From Antechinus flavipes (lineage: Eukaryota), in the NCBI RefSeq assembly GCF_016432865.1, contig NC_067400.1, positions 618,760,001 to 618,824,000 of the forward strand: a stretch of 64,000 nucleotides of DNA. The letters run 5' to 3'. This document shows positions 33,375 through 44,999 of the stretch, piece after piece. The notes beneath the pieces are model-generated. The model saw only the letters and a list, made by a program, of their open reading frames with translations, searched no databases and was not told where the DNA came from. A program made the position numbers and the translations under genes. Position 1 is the first letter of the stretch. Each line of letters starts with the position of its first letter.

Positions 33375-36300
33375 ATGGTGGGGCCCCGGGGGCCGTGCAG
33401 CCCCTGCTGGGAGGAGGACGAGTGCCTGGACTACTACGGCCTGCGGTCCCTGCACCGCATGTTCCAGGTGGTGGGCGCCCAGCTGACGGAGCAGGAGCTG
33501 TCCGTGCTGTCGTTCCTCCTGGACGAGGCGCTGCCAGCGCCCCAGGATGGAGAGCCCAGCCGGGCCCTGCTGGGGGCCCCGGGCCGGCCTCCCGCGCGCT
33601 CGGGCCTGGAGTTCCTGCTGGAGCTGGAGAGGAGGGGCCAGTGCGACGAAGCCCACCTGGGGCCCCTGATGCAGCTGCTGCGCGTGCTCTCCCGGCAGGA
33701 CCTGCTGCCCAGGCTCTCCCTCAAGCGGGCCCGCCCAGGTAGGCAGGGCCCGGCCAGGCCCGGAGCCGGCGCTGGGGCCTAGAAGAGAAAGGATGGGTCT
33801 GGAGAGGGAAAGGAGGCCGGTGGCGCCCTCTGAGGAGGGAGGGAGACGGAGGGGAGCAGGGCCTGGGGGGCCCTGAGGAGGGAGGGATGACTGGGGATGG
33901 GGGAGGGAGCAGGGCCTGGGGGGCCCTGAGGAGGGAGGGATGACGGAGGGGAGCAGGGCCTGGGGGGCCCTGAGGAGGGAGGGATGACTAGGGATGGGGG
34001 AGGGAGCAGGGCCTGGGGGCCCCTGAGAAGGGAGGGATGACTGGGGATGGGGGAGGGGAATGGCCTGGTGAGGCCCCCCTACACGAAGGGACTGATTGGG
34101 ACTTTAAGGAGAGGTGAGGCGGTGATGGGGCCCCTCTAGGGGAAGGGCATGGTTAGGACAGAGCAGGGATGGGAGCAGGGACTCATGGGGCCTCTCCGTG
34201 AGGGAAGGCATGGATCCTGAGGGAAGGGGTGGGCTGGAACCTAGAGGTGAGTAAGTGTCCCAGGGTCCCACAGGAAGTAGCTGCTGACAGAGAGGGGAGG
34301 CAGGCTCTTCACAGGGTGGATGGTAGGTGGTTGGGGGCCTTTCCGGGGGGCTTTGGGAGATGAGTTGGTCTGACAGAAGAGAGAGGCAGAAAAGGGAGGA
34401 GGAGAAGGCGAGCAGGGCTTGGAGTTGGAGGGTCCTCTGGGAGCAGGGGCAGCTCAGTGACTGGGAAGGAGAGCTCCCCTGGGGGAAAGCCCACGACGGG
34501 TGTTGCCCTGGGAGGAAGCAGAGGCAGCTTAATGAGGGCGTGGGCCCATGGGGACCTGGGATTTGTAGTGGGGAGAGCCCGAGAGTGAACGTCCTCATTT
34601 TACAGATGAGGAGACTGAGCCCCACAAAGGTGACGTAGCGAGGGCAGAGCTGGGGTCTGAGCCAGGGCCGCTGACCCTAAGTCCAGTGCTCTCTGTGGCA
34701 TAATGAAGGGCAGGACGTGTTCCCAGAGCCCTCCCTGTTCCCTTCCCCTACAAATGTCCCCGGACTGTCCCCTGTCCCCTGGGGGTATGCTCTGTGCTCT
34801 CTTCCTAGGCCATTACCTGCCCTCCTAGCCTTGCGTCCATCTGCCCGGCCTGGAAATGGAGACGAGTCAGCCTTGGTGGGAAGGGGTGGGCGGCTCCGAG
34901 GAGATGGGTCGCCTTCTGGGAGTGGGGAAGAGGAGACACCTGGCAGGAAGGGAAGGGGGCAGGCGTTTGCTGGGGTCGGGCCAGCCTGGCGTCTGGCTGG
35001 AGCCGAGCAGTGATTCCCTCTTTTCCCTCCCTCAGTGTCCCCCGAGCGCTACAGCTGTGGTCCGTCCGGCTCGGATGGGGAGAGGCCCGAGAGTAGCTGT
35101 CTGGGCTCCGCCAGTCCAACGTCCCAGCGGGCTCAGTGGGAGGCAGGTGAGCCCGGCGCAGTGGGTGTCCGTGTGACGGACCCTCCGTCCCCTTCTCTGC
35201 GGCCTTTAAAGGAGTGAGACAGTGCTCAGCGAGGCTTGTTCATTGCAATATTGAAATTTGAATAGTGGGTAAAAGGCCTGGCTCCGAGTCCTGCCTCTCA
35301 TCCATATGGCCTTTGTGACACGTCCGAGGGAGTCCTTGAATGTCCTTTCCGCTCTGGAACAGGGAGGATTGCCTCCTAGCCCTAGCTCAGTGATCCCAGG
35401 GCTACTTCTGGGTTTAGAGGCAGGAGAATGAGGTCAAATCCCAGCTCTAAAACAGGGCCTCCTCCTTCCTCTGCATTTCTGAGGTTGTGGACAGCATCGC
35501 TTCCCCTAACGTCAAAAACACTGTCTTGGGTTTAGTCAGGGTGTGGATTTAAAGGCTGCCCTTTCTGTTTGCCTCAGTTTCCTCATCTGTAAAATGAGCT
35601 GGAGAAGGAAATGACAAACCCTTCCAGTATCTTTGCCTGGAAACCCCCCCATGGGTCACAGAGACTCGGATGTGACTGAAATAACGGAACAAAAAGAGAT
35701 GCTCTTTCCCTTTCCCCCCTTCTCCAGCTCATCTCAAGGCTCTATTCTCTGACTGATTCAAATTTTCCCAGAACCTGGTTCTTCACACATGATTCCTGCC
35801 ACTCTCAACCCTCAGCTTCCTTTTCACCTCACCTTTCCTCAGTGTTTGCTCTTCCCTAGATTCCCCTCAGGCCACCCGTAAAGTTACTGCTCGCTCCTCC
35901 CCGTATAGGTTCATAGGGTTGTAAGCAGAAGGGACCTAGAGGCCACCTGGTCCGACTCCTGTATTTATGAGGAAACAGAGGCCCAGGGCGGGCCGGGGGC
36001 TCTGCCCAAAGTGACACAAATGCCTGGGGTCGGATTTGAATTTTACCTGAAACCTTTTGTGTGGCAGGTTCCCCTCCCGGGAAAAGGCAGAGGAGAAGCC
36101 TGGGCCGATCCAGTGCCGGAGGGAGACGGCGACGGGCCCCCCAGGGAGCTTCGAGGTCCAAAAATCCTGTCTCTTCTCCCACTGCGAGCAAAGTGACCTG
36201 TGGTGAGTGCGGTGGGCTGGGCAGGGCGCTCGCTCCCTCCCACACCCAGCAAGCTGCTTTAAGCCCTCGGGATACCTGAACTGGGGCGTGCAGGGAACAG

Positions 36301-39239
36301 ACAGGGTCAGCTACTTCTGCTGGCCTGGGGGGTTAGGAAGGCCAGCCATAGAGCCCAAGGGAGGAAAGCCAGGGGGCGGGGGGGTCTCCAGCCTTCACGT
36401 TTGAAGGAGCTGGGAATGTCTGGCCTGGAGGAGGGGGTGTGAGTGCTGTCCTCAGGTGCTCGACGGGCTGTTCTATGGGAGAGGGAAGTTATAAAGTGAG
36501 CCATCAGGATGTCAGGGAGGTCAGAAAGGGCACGGGCTGCTTCTTCAGAGGGAGGGGGGAGGGAGCACCCCAAGGCTGGAAGGCTTCCAGCCTGGGCTGG
36601 GGGATAGCCCATTGGTTAACTCTGGGGGCGATGGGATAGGTGGTGGTTGAAGTCACTTTGAGCTCCAAGATGCCCTAGTTATGTGGTCTTGGGAATACAT
36701 AGTACCAGGAAGGGATGGCCTCTTCTCCTGTCACAGGTTGTCAGGGCTGGGAGGGGCCTTAGAACAGGGGGTGTCGGGGCTGGGAGGGGCCTTAGAACAG
36801 GGGGTGTCGGGGCTGGGAGGGGGCTTAGAACAGGGGGTGTCAGGCTGGGAGGGGCCTCAGAACAGGGGGTGTCAGGGCTGGGAGGGGGCTTAGAACAGGG
36901 GGTGTCAGGCTGGGAGGGGCCTCAGAACAGGGGGTGTCGGGGCTGGGAGGGGGCTTAGAACAGGGGGTGTCAGGGCTGGGAGGGGCCTCAGAACAGGGGG
37001 TGTCAGGGCTGGGAGGGGGCTTAGAACAGGGGGTGTCAGGCTGGGAGGGGCCTCAGAACAGGGGGTGTCAGGGCTGGGAGGGGCCTTAGAACAGGGGGTG
37101 TCAGGCTGGGAGGGGCCTCAGAACAGGGGGTGTCGGGGCTGGGAAGGGGCTTAGAACAGGGGGTGTTGGGGCTGGGAGGGAGTTGTGAGGATCCAGTGGC
37201 TTTTAGTGTCCTTTCCTAGGTGGGACGGGCCAGGCCCTGGGTGCACTTGGGCTAGGCTCAGTGCTAAGTCATGGGGAGACAAGGGAAGGCAGAAACCAGG
37301 CCCTGTCCTCAGCGTGTTCACAGTTTAGCGGGGACAAGGTGCAGACCCCGGGTCAGACGGGTGGGCTAGAGTCGGGATAACTAGGAAATCCCCAGCACGG
37401 ACAGGCCTCTGGGAACTATCAGGATTCGGGCTGCCGGAGGCCGGAGATGAAGCGTCCCAGATGCAGGGGGCCGCCAGAGCTGGAGGCTCCTGTTAGGGGA
37501 ATGGCCAGGAGACCGCGTCAGTGTAGGAGGAGGATGTTTTGGGCAGACGGTAGGAGAACCCTGGAAAGGTGGGAGGGCCGGCTTGTACGTGCTCCCGGAG
37601 CCCCTGGAGTTTGCCGAGTGGGGTCTGGGATGTGGTCGGACTGTAGCTTTAGGAAAATCGCTGGTGGTTGGAGGGAGGGAGGCTTGGATTGGGTGAGGTG
37701 GGCAGGAGAAAGCAGAGAAAGCTAGTGAGGTCCCTTTCCTCCATGGGAATGTCCCCAGGAATCCAGTTCCCTGTGTCTACTTGAGGGGGCTGGGTGGGGG
37801 ATAGTAGACTAGACAGGAGCAGGGAATTACCATGTGGAGGTGATGATTGGCTCCATGGCAGCTGGGGAGGTGGGGGGGGGTCACCTAGGGTCAGAGGGCA
37901 TGGCCTGGAGGAGGGCCCAGCCAAGGAGGCAGAAGGAGCTGTCAGAGGAGGAGAACCAGGAGAGAGCAGGGGAGCACCGCTGTCCCAGGCCCACAGAACG
38001 GCCACCCACGGGGCGGAGGAGGGGCCCCGGGCGCCGGCTGTCCAGGAAGGGGTCCCTGGCGCTGGGAGAAGCTTCGTGGGCGAGAGGGAGGGCGCTGCCC
38101 GGTGCCCCGGAGGGAGTGGGGGGAGGGGGAGCCACGGAGGTTCGGGGAGGGCCCAGAGGAGACGGCCGGGGACCCGGGCGGAAGGGAGGTGGGATTTTCC
38201 CCGTTTGTTCAGCTGTAGGTGGGGAGGAGCGAAGGCGGCGTGTCCAAGGCCGAGGCCTTAGAGGGAGAAGGGGGGACGTTGTAGAGGTTTCCCGAGGGGG
38301 CGGAGATGGGGAAAGGAGAACGAGGTGGAGGGAGCCGGAGCGTGCACTCAGCAGGGACGGAGCTGGGAAAGTGAGAGAGGCTGAGGCCGGGCCGGGGAGG
38401 CCGGGGAGGGCCGTCCCTTTGGACCTGGAGCAAAGGGGAGACGGGGGAGGCTGCTGGGGGAGGGACCTCACTGCGTTCCTGGGCGAGAAGGCTGACGTGG
38501 TCACGTGCTGAGAGGGGCGGAGGGTGGGCTGCAGAGGAGCCACTGGAGGAGATGAGAGAGAGGGGTCGGCGAGAAGGGAAGCACCGGCCCCCACTCTGGG
38601 GAGAGGAGGTGGGGGGTCACAGGCAGCAAGATTAAGAAGGGGGGGGAGCCACGAGGAAGAGAGAGCCTGGAGAGCCCCGGTCATTGGCCGCAGGAGGGCT
38701 CACGGGATGGCGCCGAGACCCTGCGGTTCCTCCGACTGTCCCAGAGGGTCCGAAGGGAATCTGGTGCGGTGGGAGGGCGGGCATTGGGCGGGCGCTCCGC
38801 GACCCCGGCCTCACCGAGACCCTCCCCTTGTTTCCCTGCAGACATCCGCCTCCGCGTCCGGGCCGAGTACTGTGAGCACGGGGCGGCCCTGGCCCAGGGG
38901 GTGGTGTCCCGGCGGCCCCAGTCGGTGGCCCGCCAGCTGGACCTGTTCGGGCAGGCCATGGCCGTGCTGAAGTCCCGGGACCTGGGCTCGGTGGTGTGCG
39001 ACATCAAGTTCTCCGAGCTGTCCTACCTGGATGCTTTCTGGGGGGACTACCTGAGCGGGGCCCTGCTGCAGGCCCTGCGGGGCGTCTTCCTGACCGAGGC
39101 CCTCCGCGAGGCCGTGGGCCGGGAGCCTATCCGCTTGCTGGTCAGCGTGGACGAGGGCGATTACGAGGCCGGTCGGCGCCGGCTGCTGCTGCTGGGCGGC
39201 CGGCCCCCCGGGGGAGCGCAGGCCCTGCCGCCACGCTGA
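33375..39239 (+). CDS. DEDD2: Death effector domain-containing protein 2 (335 aa)
   Basis: Exons 33375-33738, 35036-35146, 36068-36202 and 38842-39239 (1008 nt, frame intact). Motifs PCWEEDECLDYYG, a DED with RQDL, VSPERYS, basic KRQRR..GGRRRR and DIRLRVRAEYCEH...SELSYLDAFWGDYLSGALLQALRGVFLTEALREAVG. Confidence 0.96.
33830..34065. repeat. Purine-rich minisatellite in a DEDD2 intron (5 units, alternating ~44 and ~53 bp)
   Basis: CTGAGGAGGGAGGGATGAC(TGGGGATGG)GGGAGGGAGCAGGGCCTGGGGGGCC repeated. Confidence 0.9.
34580..34695 (-). mobile_element. MIR/CORE-SINE fragment
   Basis: CCTCATTTTACAGATGAGGAGACTGAGCCCC...CAGAGCTGGGGTCTGAGCCAGG...GTCCAGTGCTCT. Confidence 0.75.
35530..35695 (+). mobile_element. 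Mar1-type marsupial CORE-SINE with an RTE-like tail
   Basis: The CORE (TTTGCCTCAGTTTCCTCATCTGTAAAATGAG) is joined directly to CTGGAGAAGGAAATGACAAACCCTTCCAGTATCTTTGCC...GGGTCACAGAGACTCGGATGTGACTGAA, the arrangement typical of Mar1. Confidence 0.75.
35905..36045 (-). mobile_element. MIR3/Ther-2-like SINE fragment
   Basis: TCATAGGGTTGTAAGCAGAAGGGACCTAGAGGCCACCTGGTCC...ATGAGGAAACAGAGGCCCAG...GGATTTGAA. Confidence 0.65.
36739..37180 (+). repeat. 32-33-bp G-rich minisatellite (~13 copies)
   Basis: Unit ACAGGGGGTGTC(A/G)GGGCTGGGAGGGG(C/G)CTTAGA. Confidence 0.95.
37205..37740 (-). mobile_element. GC-drifted LINE-2 relics
   Basis: CTCAGTGCTAAGTCATGGGGAGACAAGGGAAGGCAGAAACCAGGCCCTGTCCTCAG and GATGTGGTCGGACTGTAGCTTTAGGAAAATCGCTGG resemble the L2 3' region. 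Confidence 0.55.
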
Positions 39240-40710
39240 GCTGGACCCCCCCAGGGCGCCGCCGGCTGCTGCCCTTGGACACCTGGGGAGGGGGCACGGC
39301 TGCCCTCCCCCGACCCTCATCTGACTCCTTTCTGGGCCAACGAGGAGGCGTGAGGGAGAGTCCCCTCCTGGCTGTGGGTGGGCTCGTGGGGCCCACGATG
39401 CTGGAACCCGGGAGGGGGAGGGGGTCTTCTTCTGTTCTCCCCTAGTCCTGGCAAACCTGGGATAGCTCTGCCAGTGAGGAAGGGTGCGTGCGTAGGAATG
39501 GCTCCCGGAGACCTCTTAGGCCCCCCCACCCCTAGCTCCCACCTCCCAGGCTTTTGTAGACACGGCCCTGCTGGGCCCAGGCCCCCCTCCCCCAACCCAG
39601 AAACACCCCCTTCCCTCCGGGGCTCCTGCCTTCCTGCCGGGCCGGGGCCTCGGAGTGGGCACTTCGGCGTTGTTCTGGGCCAACCCCTGTGCTTTGTAGG
39701 TAGGGAAACTGAGGCCCAGAGAGGGCCGAGGGATCGGATCAAGCGGACGCGGGTCTGTGGCTCCCAGCCCGCAGCTGGTATCTAAGCCCCGGCCTTTGCA
39801 TTAGGGTCCACGGCCTCTGTGAGAGGTTGGAACCACACTCCTGGACCTAAGGCCTCCTGAGCCTCAGTTTCCCCATCTGTAGAAGGGAGTGGGATTCCCC
39901 GGCCTTAGCAGTGCTTGGAAGGACCCTCTGAGGCGATTTCAGAGGGCAGCCTCTGGTCGTGTGGGAAGAAGGAAGGAGGGCCGGGAGGGAGGAAGAACTT
40001 GCTCACAGTCGCAGGTTTTCAGCGGATTTCTGTCTGGGACAGGCTTGTGACTTTGGGCAAGGACGCCACTTGTAGGACATCCGGGTGGCTGGGTGGGAGC
40101 GGCGAGCCGGGGGCCCGGGGGGCTGGAAGCCGGTGAGCCTCGGCCCGGGAGGAAACCCCCAATTCTGCTCGAGGCTTCGCTTTCTGCAGCTGGAAAACGG
40201 GTTCTGGAAGAAGTTCGTGCACGTCCGTGTGTGTTGAGAGGGAGACGTCGGCGTCAGGCCCCGGCCTGCGAACCCAGCGCGCTCCCGCCGCTTTTCTTGG
40301 GCTCGGCCGAGCGCTCGGAGCCGGCCCGGGCCTGGTCCCTCCCTGTGCGGGGGCAGCGGCTGCCGGGTGTCCGGGGCCCAGAGACCCCTCAGGCGGCACC
40401 TTCGACCTTCGACCTTCCAAGTCATGGAATGGAGGGTGGCTGGGCTTCCCAACACCCTTCTCCCAGCCACCTCTCGGGCATCAGTTAGTGTGTGTGTGTG
40501 TGAGGGGAGAGGCGGTGGGCACGCGGGAGTGTGTGGGGGCCGGGCTGCCACTGGGGAGCAATAAAGAGGAGGCCTGGGAGAGGCTGAGCTTGGAAAGAAA
40601 GATGTCTCTGGGCCTGTTTCTTTGGGTATTGGGGGGGGCAGGGAGAAGGGATGTTAAAACTAATGCTGTTGACCTAAGAAAGGACCTGAGCACATGAGAT
40701 GGTCAACTAA

Positions 40711-41136
40711 GTGGGAGGGGCCTTGGAACAGGGGATGTCGGGGCTGGGAGGGACCCTTAGAACAGGGGGTGTCGGGGCTGGGAGGGACCCTCAGAACAGG
40801 GGGTGTCGGGGCTGGGAGGGACCCTTAGAACAGGGGGTGTCGGGGCTGGGAGGGACCCTCAGAACAGGGGGTGTCGGGGCTGGGAGGGACCCTTAGAACA
40901 GGAGGTGAGAGATCTGGGAGGGACCCTTAGAACAGGGGATGTCAGGGCTGGGAGGGACCCTTAGAACAGGGGGTGTCGGGGTGGGAGGGACCCTTAGAAC
41001 AGGGGGTGTTGGGGCTGGGAGGGACCCTTAGAACAGGGGGTGTCGGGGTGGGAGGGACCCTTAGAACAGGGGGTGTCGGGGCTGGGAGGGACCCTTAGAA
41101 CAGGGGGTGTCGGGGCTGGGAGGGACCTTTAGGACA
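40711..41136 (+). repeat. 33-bp G-rich minisatellite (~13 copies)
   Basis: Unit ACAGGGGGTGTCGGGGCTGGGAGGGACCCTTAGA. Confidence 0.95.
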
Positions 41137-41329
41137 GAGAGTATCAGCTCTTTCATTCCCTGGCCCAGTCCTGGTTCTTTCTCAGCTCCTGCCTTTCCTG
41201 ATCATTTGCCCCCAAACAAATGGGATGAGATCGCTTGGTTCTGAGGCAGAAAGCTTGGGTTCTGGGTCCTGTCTCACCCCAACTTGCTCCGTGCCCTGGG
41301 GGGAGTTCCTGTTTTCTCCAAGGGCTTTT

Positions 41330-41490
41330 CGTGCCCTTTCCCGGGCGGGAGGGCCAGGCCCTGGGCTAGGCCATGGGGAGATGAGGGAAGGCAGAACCAG
41401 GCCCTGCCCTCGGACACTGTGCAGCGGGACAAGCAGCAGACCCGGGCCAGATGGGCCGGCTAGAGTCGGGATAACTAGGAAACCTCAGTG
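41330..41490 (-). mobile_element. GC-drifted LINE-2 relic, paralogous to 37205-37400
   Basis: Shares the exact 25-mer GGCTAGAGTCGGGATAACTAGGAAA and the upstream GGGAAGGCAGAA(A)CCAGGCCCTG. Confidence 0.55.
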
Positions 41491-42076
41491 GGGACGGGCC
41501 CAGAACTGAGCGGGCCGGGCGAGGCTCCCTGCGAGACCTTAGCTGAGACCGGAGCCTGGGGGCCCGAAGGAGGGAGGGCACCCCGGGCGGGGCCTGGGCC
41601 GGGGGCTCCAACACGGGAGGAGGGGAGGTCACCGCGGCCTGGTCTGGGGCACCGGGAGGGAAAGGACTAGAAAAGTGGGAGAGGCCACATTGAAGGGGGC
41701 TTTAAAGTCAGAGGGGTGACATGGCCACACGGTGGGGGGGGGGACGAGGGGCGGCGATTCGGCCGAGGGGGCTCTCCAGGGTGGGGGCGGCCGGGCGCGG
41801 GCAGAGGGGCCAGGTCTTGGCCATGGATTCAAGATGGCGGAGGGTGCCGGGAGGAGGGGGAGGGCGTTGCCCTCTATTGTAACGGGGAGGAAGAAGGCTT
41901 GGGGGAGAGACGAGGAGCTCGGGTTGGGACGGGCTGAGGTTCAGCCCTCTGGAAGGCAGCGAGCCGGAGCGCAGGAGAGAGCGCGGGGACAGCGGGGCCG
42001 GGAATGGGCGGCCGGGGGGCCTGGGCTGGGGAGCCCGGCTAAGAAAAGGCTTTCCACGCTGCTGCGCTCCCAGAAC

Positions 42077-42095
42077 CGGCCGCCAGGTGGCACCT
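42077..42095 (+). promoter_or_regulatory. Candidate CTCF site
   Basis: CGGCCGCCAGGTGGCACCT closely matches the CTCF core CC(A/G)(C/G)(C/T)AG(A/G)(G/T)GGC(A/G). Confidence 0.55.
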
Positions 42096-44999
42096 GACGC
42101 GTGGAAATTTCGGACGTGGCGTCCTGGCAAAGGGAGCTGCAAGGAGCCGAGTCCGGCCGACAGAACGTTACTTATTTTCCAGAGGAGGAAACTGAGACTC
42201 GGGCTCTCGGGCGGGAAGGAGCAGCGCTGGAGCCGAGCCGTGCTCCTCTCGTTCGCAGGCCCAGCTTCCTTCCCATTTTTCAGTCCTTTGGTCCGATTCC
42301 TTTCGGTTCTGTCTCAAGCGGGGGATTGGGGGAGGGGGGGAGAGGAAGGGTCCAAGGTCACGCTGGGAGTCGGCTCCGGGGAGCCTTGGGGGTGAGTCCC
42401 ATTTCCCCGACGCTCTACCTTCTAGAAAACGCTTTCCTCAAAAAGAGCCCCCGCGAGGTGGAGAGCACACGACTGAACAACGTATGGGAAGGTCCCTGCC
42501 CCAGCGGGCGTCCCCGCTTCGGGCTGAGGAAGCCGGGCCTGGGGGGGACGAGCCGGCTGATGTCGGAGCCCGGCCCACCGCCTCCGTCTGCCTCTGGGAA
42601 CAGCCGAGCGGGAAGGGCCTCAGAAGCCTCGCAGTCCGCCCATTTTACAGATGAGGAAACCGGGTCCCAGAGAAGGGAGATTTCTTTCCCCAGCCCTGCA
42701 CATCGCATGGGGCTCTGCTAACTTCAAACCCAGGACGATGCGGTCCAAGCGCCGGACTTCCTCAGACGGGGAGACCCGAAGTTCCCCAGGGCCGCCGCCT
42801 GGGCTCCCACAGCTAAGCCCAGCCTTCTCCTGGAGAAGAGCCGGCCCCTGAGCCCAGCTCTCTTGATCCGGACAGGCCCCAGCCTCGTGGGTTGGCTGTC
42901 TCATCTTTTCTTCTCTGGCCACTCCGTTCTCCCTTTGCCTTAGTCCTCTCTGGGGGCCCATTATCCCCCGTCCCTTTGATTTGCCTGGTGGTCCCCTGCC
43001 TCGGTGGTTGTGCCTGGGTTAATGATTTATTCCCCCCCCCCCCGGGAGCCTCACGGACGCAGCCGAACGATCTCTCCTTTCTTTTTGGACCGGAGCCCCC
43101 CGAGACCACCTCCCTCCTCCAAGGCATCGGCCCCTTCTGCTCCCGGGGACTGAGAGGCGAGGCTGCGAGCTCCCAGGGGCGGAGGCCGAGCCTCCCTGAC
43201 TCTAAGAGCAGCTCGAGTGCCTCTTGGCCCCCGGGAAGGGCCTTGGGAGTCAGCGGCGGCCCTCGGAGGGCCCGGCCAGGGCACTCTGCGGCCAGGAGCA
43301 GCCCGCTGGGCAAAGCGGGAGGAAGGCGGCGGCCGGAGCCATTTCCCCCCAGTCCCAATCCCGCCGACGAGCTCCCGCCCCCCTCGGGTGATCTTAGCTC
43401 TGTGAGGCTCCTATGGGCCGCTCCTGCTCCCCAGGCAGGGCCTTCCTTGCAGTTCTGGCTTCGTGTGTCTCCCAGCAGGCACTTGGGCCTCTCTCTCTCT
43501 CTAAATAAGGGGAGCTAGTGGAAAGCGTGGGGTACCCGGGCTCCAGGAGAAGCTGGGGGCGCCATAGCGCGGAGGGCTGGTTCTGGAGCCACGAAGCCCT
43601 TCCTGAGTTCAGATCTGGCCTCAGACACTTCCCAGGTGTGGGACCTTGGGCCGGTCACGGTCTCCTCAGTTCCCTCATCCGCACAACGAGCCGGAGAAGG
43701 AAACAGCCAACTACTGCGGTGTCTCTGCCGAGAAAGCCCCCAGCGGGATCACGAGGAGTCGGACGCCATGGAACAATATGCACTAAACAGTGGGTTACAG
43801 AGGCAAAAGGGTCCCTGCTTTCACCGACTCCGAGAGAAGCCCAAATAGCCACGACCATTGTCATTGTTGTGAGTGCGCCCTGTCGGGACCATCCCGTTCT
43901 TTCCTTGTTGCCGTGGAGCCTGGTACCCTGGCCCTGACAGGTGCCCCTCCGTCCTCCGGATCTCAAAGACCGTTGTCCTAGTTAAGCAGCTCACTCCCTC
44001 GGCTCTCCATTGTCCCACTGCACCGCCATTTTAACCTTTCTCCCCACCTCAGGGTCCCAAGCTCCCACCCAAGCCGGAGGCCGGCCTCTCTTCCAGGCTC
44101 AGCTGCTAGCTCCCAGTCACACTCCTGCCACCTTCCGAGAGCTCCTCCCCACTCTCCCTGGCCCTTTACCCCACCCCCATCCCATCTCACCCTCCTGGGC
44201 TCCCGTGTGGTCCCCCAGGTGCCACTGACTTAGATACCCAAGGACGAGGCTCTCCGCCCTATCTCCGGTGCTTCCAAATTGCCAATGTCCTCCTCACCAC
44301 AAGTCTGGGGGGAAGGTTAGAAAAGTATTTCCATCCCCTTTTTCCAGAGAAGGAAACTGAGGCTCACAAAGAAGGGGCCTGGCAGAGGCCACCGAGAGTG
44401 ATGGGAGTCGGGCCGTTGGTTCTGCCTGCTTGCTCCCCGACCTCTCTCTCGCCTCTGATCCCCTTCAGGATCCTGCCTCCAAATGTTCCGGTTCCCGCCG
44501 TGCATAAGCCCAGGCTCGGTCATTTGCTGCTCTGAGCCTGCGGGAACTGGGATTCTACCCAAATCTATGCAGGAACTCGGGTTCTCCCACCTGTTGGGTG
44601 CCTCCCATCTGGCCAAGGGACCTCCGCTTGTGTCCAGGCTTCTTCCACGACTGTGGGGGGAAAGTCTGAGGCAGGAGCTCTGCCGCTTGCTCCCTGGGCA
44701 ACGAGTCTGGCCGTCACTTAGAGAGCAGCTTCTCGGGGGTGGCTCTTGGAAGGTGGGAAGGACGCTGGCTATCAAAGATGGGACTGGGGGCTGGGCTTGG
44801 GAGACAGAGGGGGGGCGGGGGCTCTCAAGCCTGAGGTGGGTGGGAAAGGGAGGAGTTAAAAATGGAGGTGCAGTAGGAGAATGGAGATCTTATACTAGTC
44901 ACTCTCCCAGCCTCAGTTTATCCTGCGTGTAAAATGTGTAAATGAAGTGTTCTTCCTACGTGATAAATGAAGTTGGGGAAGGGGAAGGGATCTCAGTTT

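Noticed and set aside
40560-40565. AATAAA as the DEDD2 polyA signal
   Set aside because: The only canonical hexamer nearby, but ~1.3 kb from the stop and with a purine-rich downstream context; too uncertain to call.
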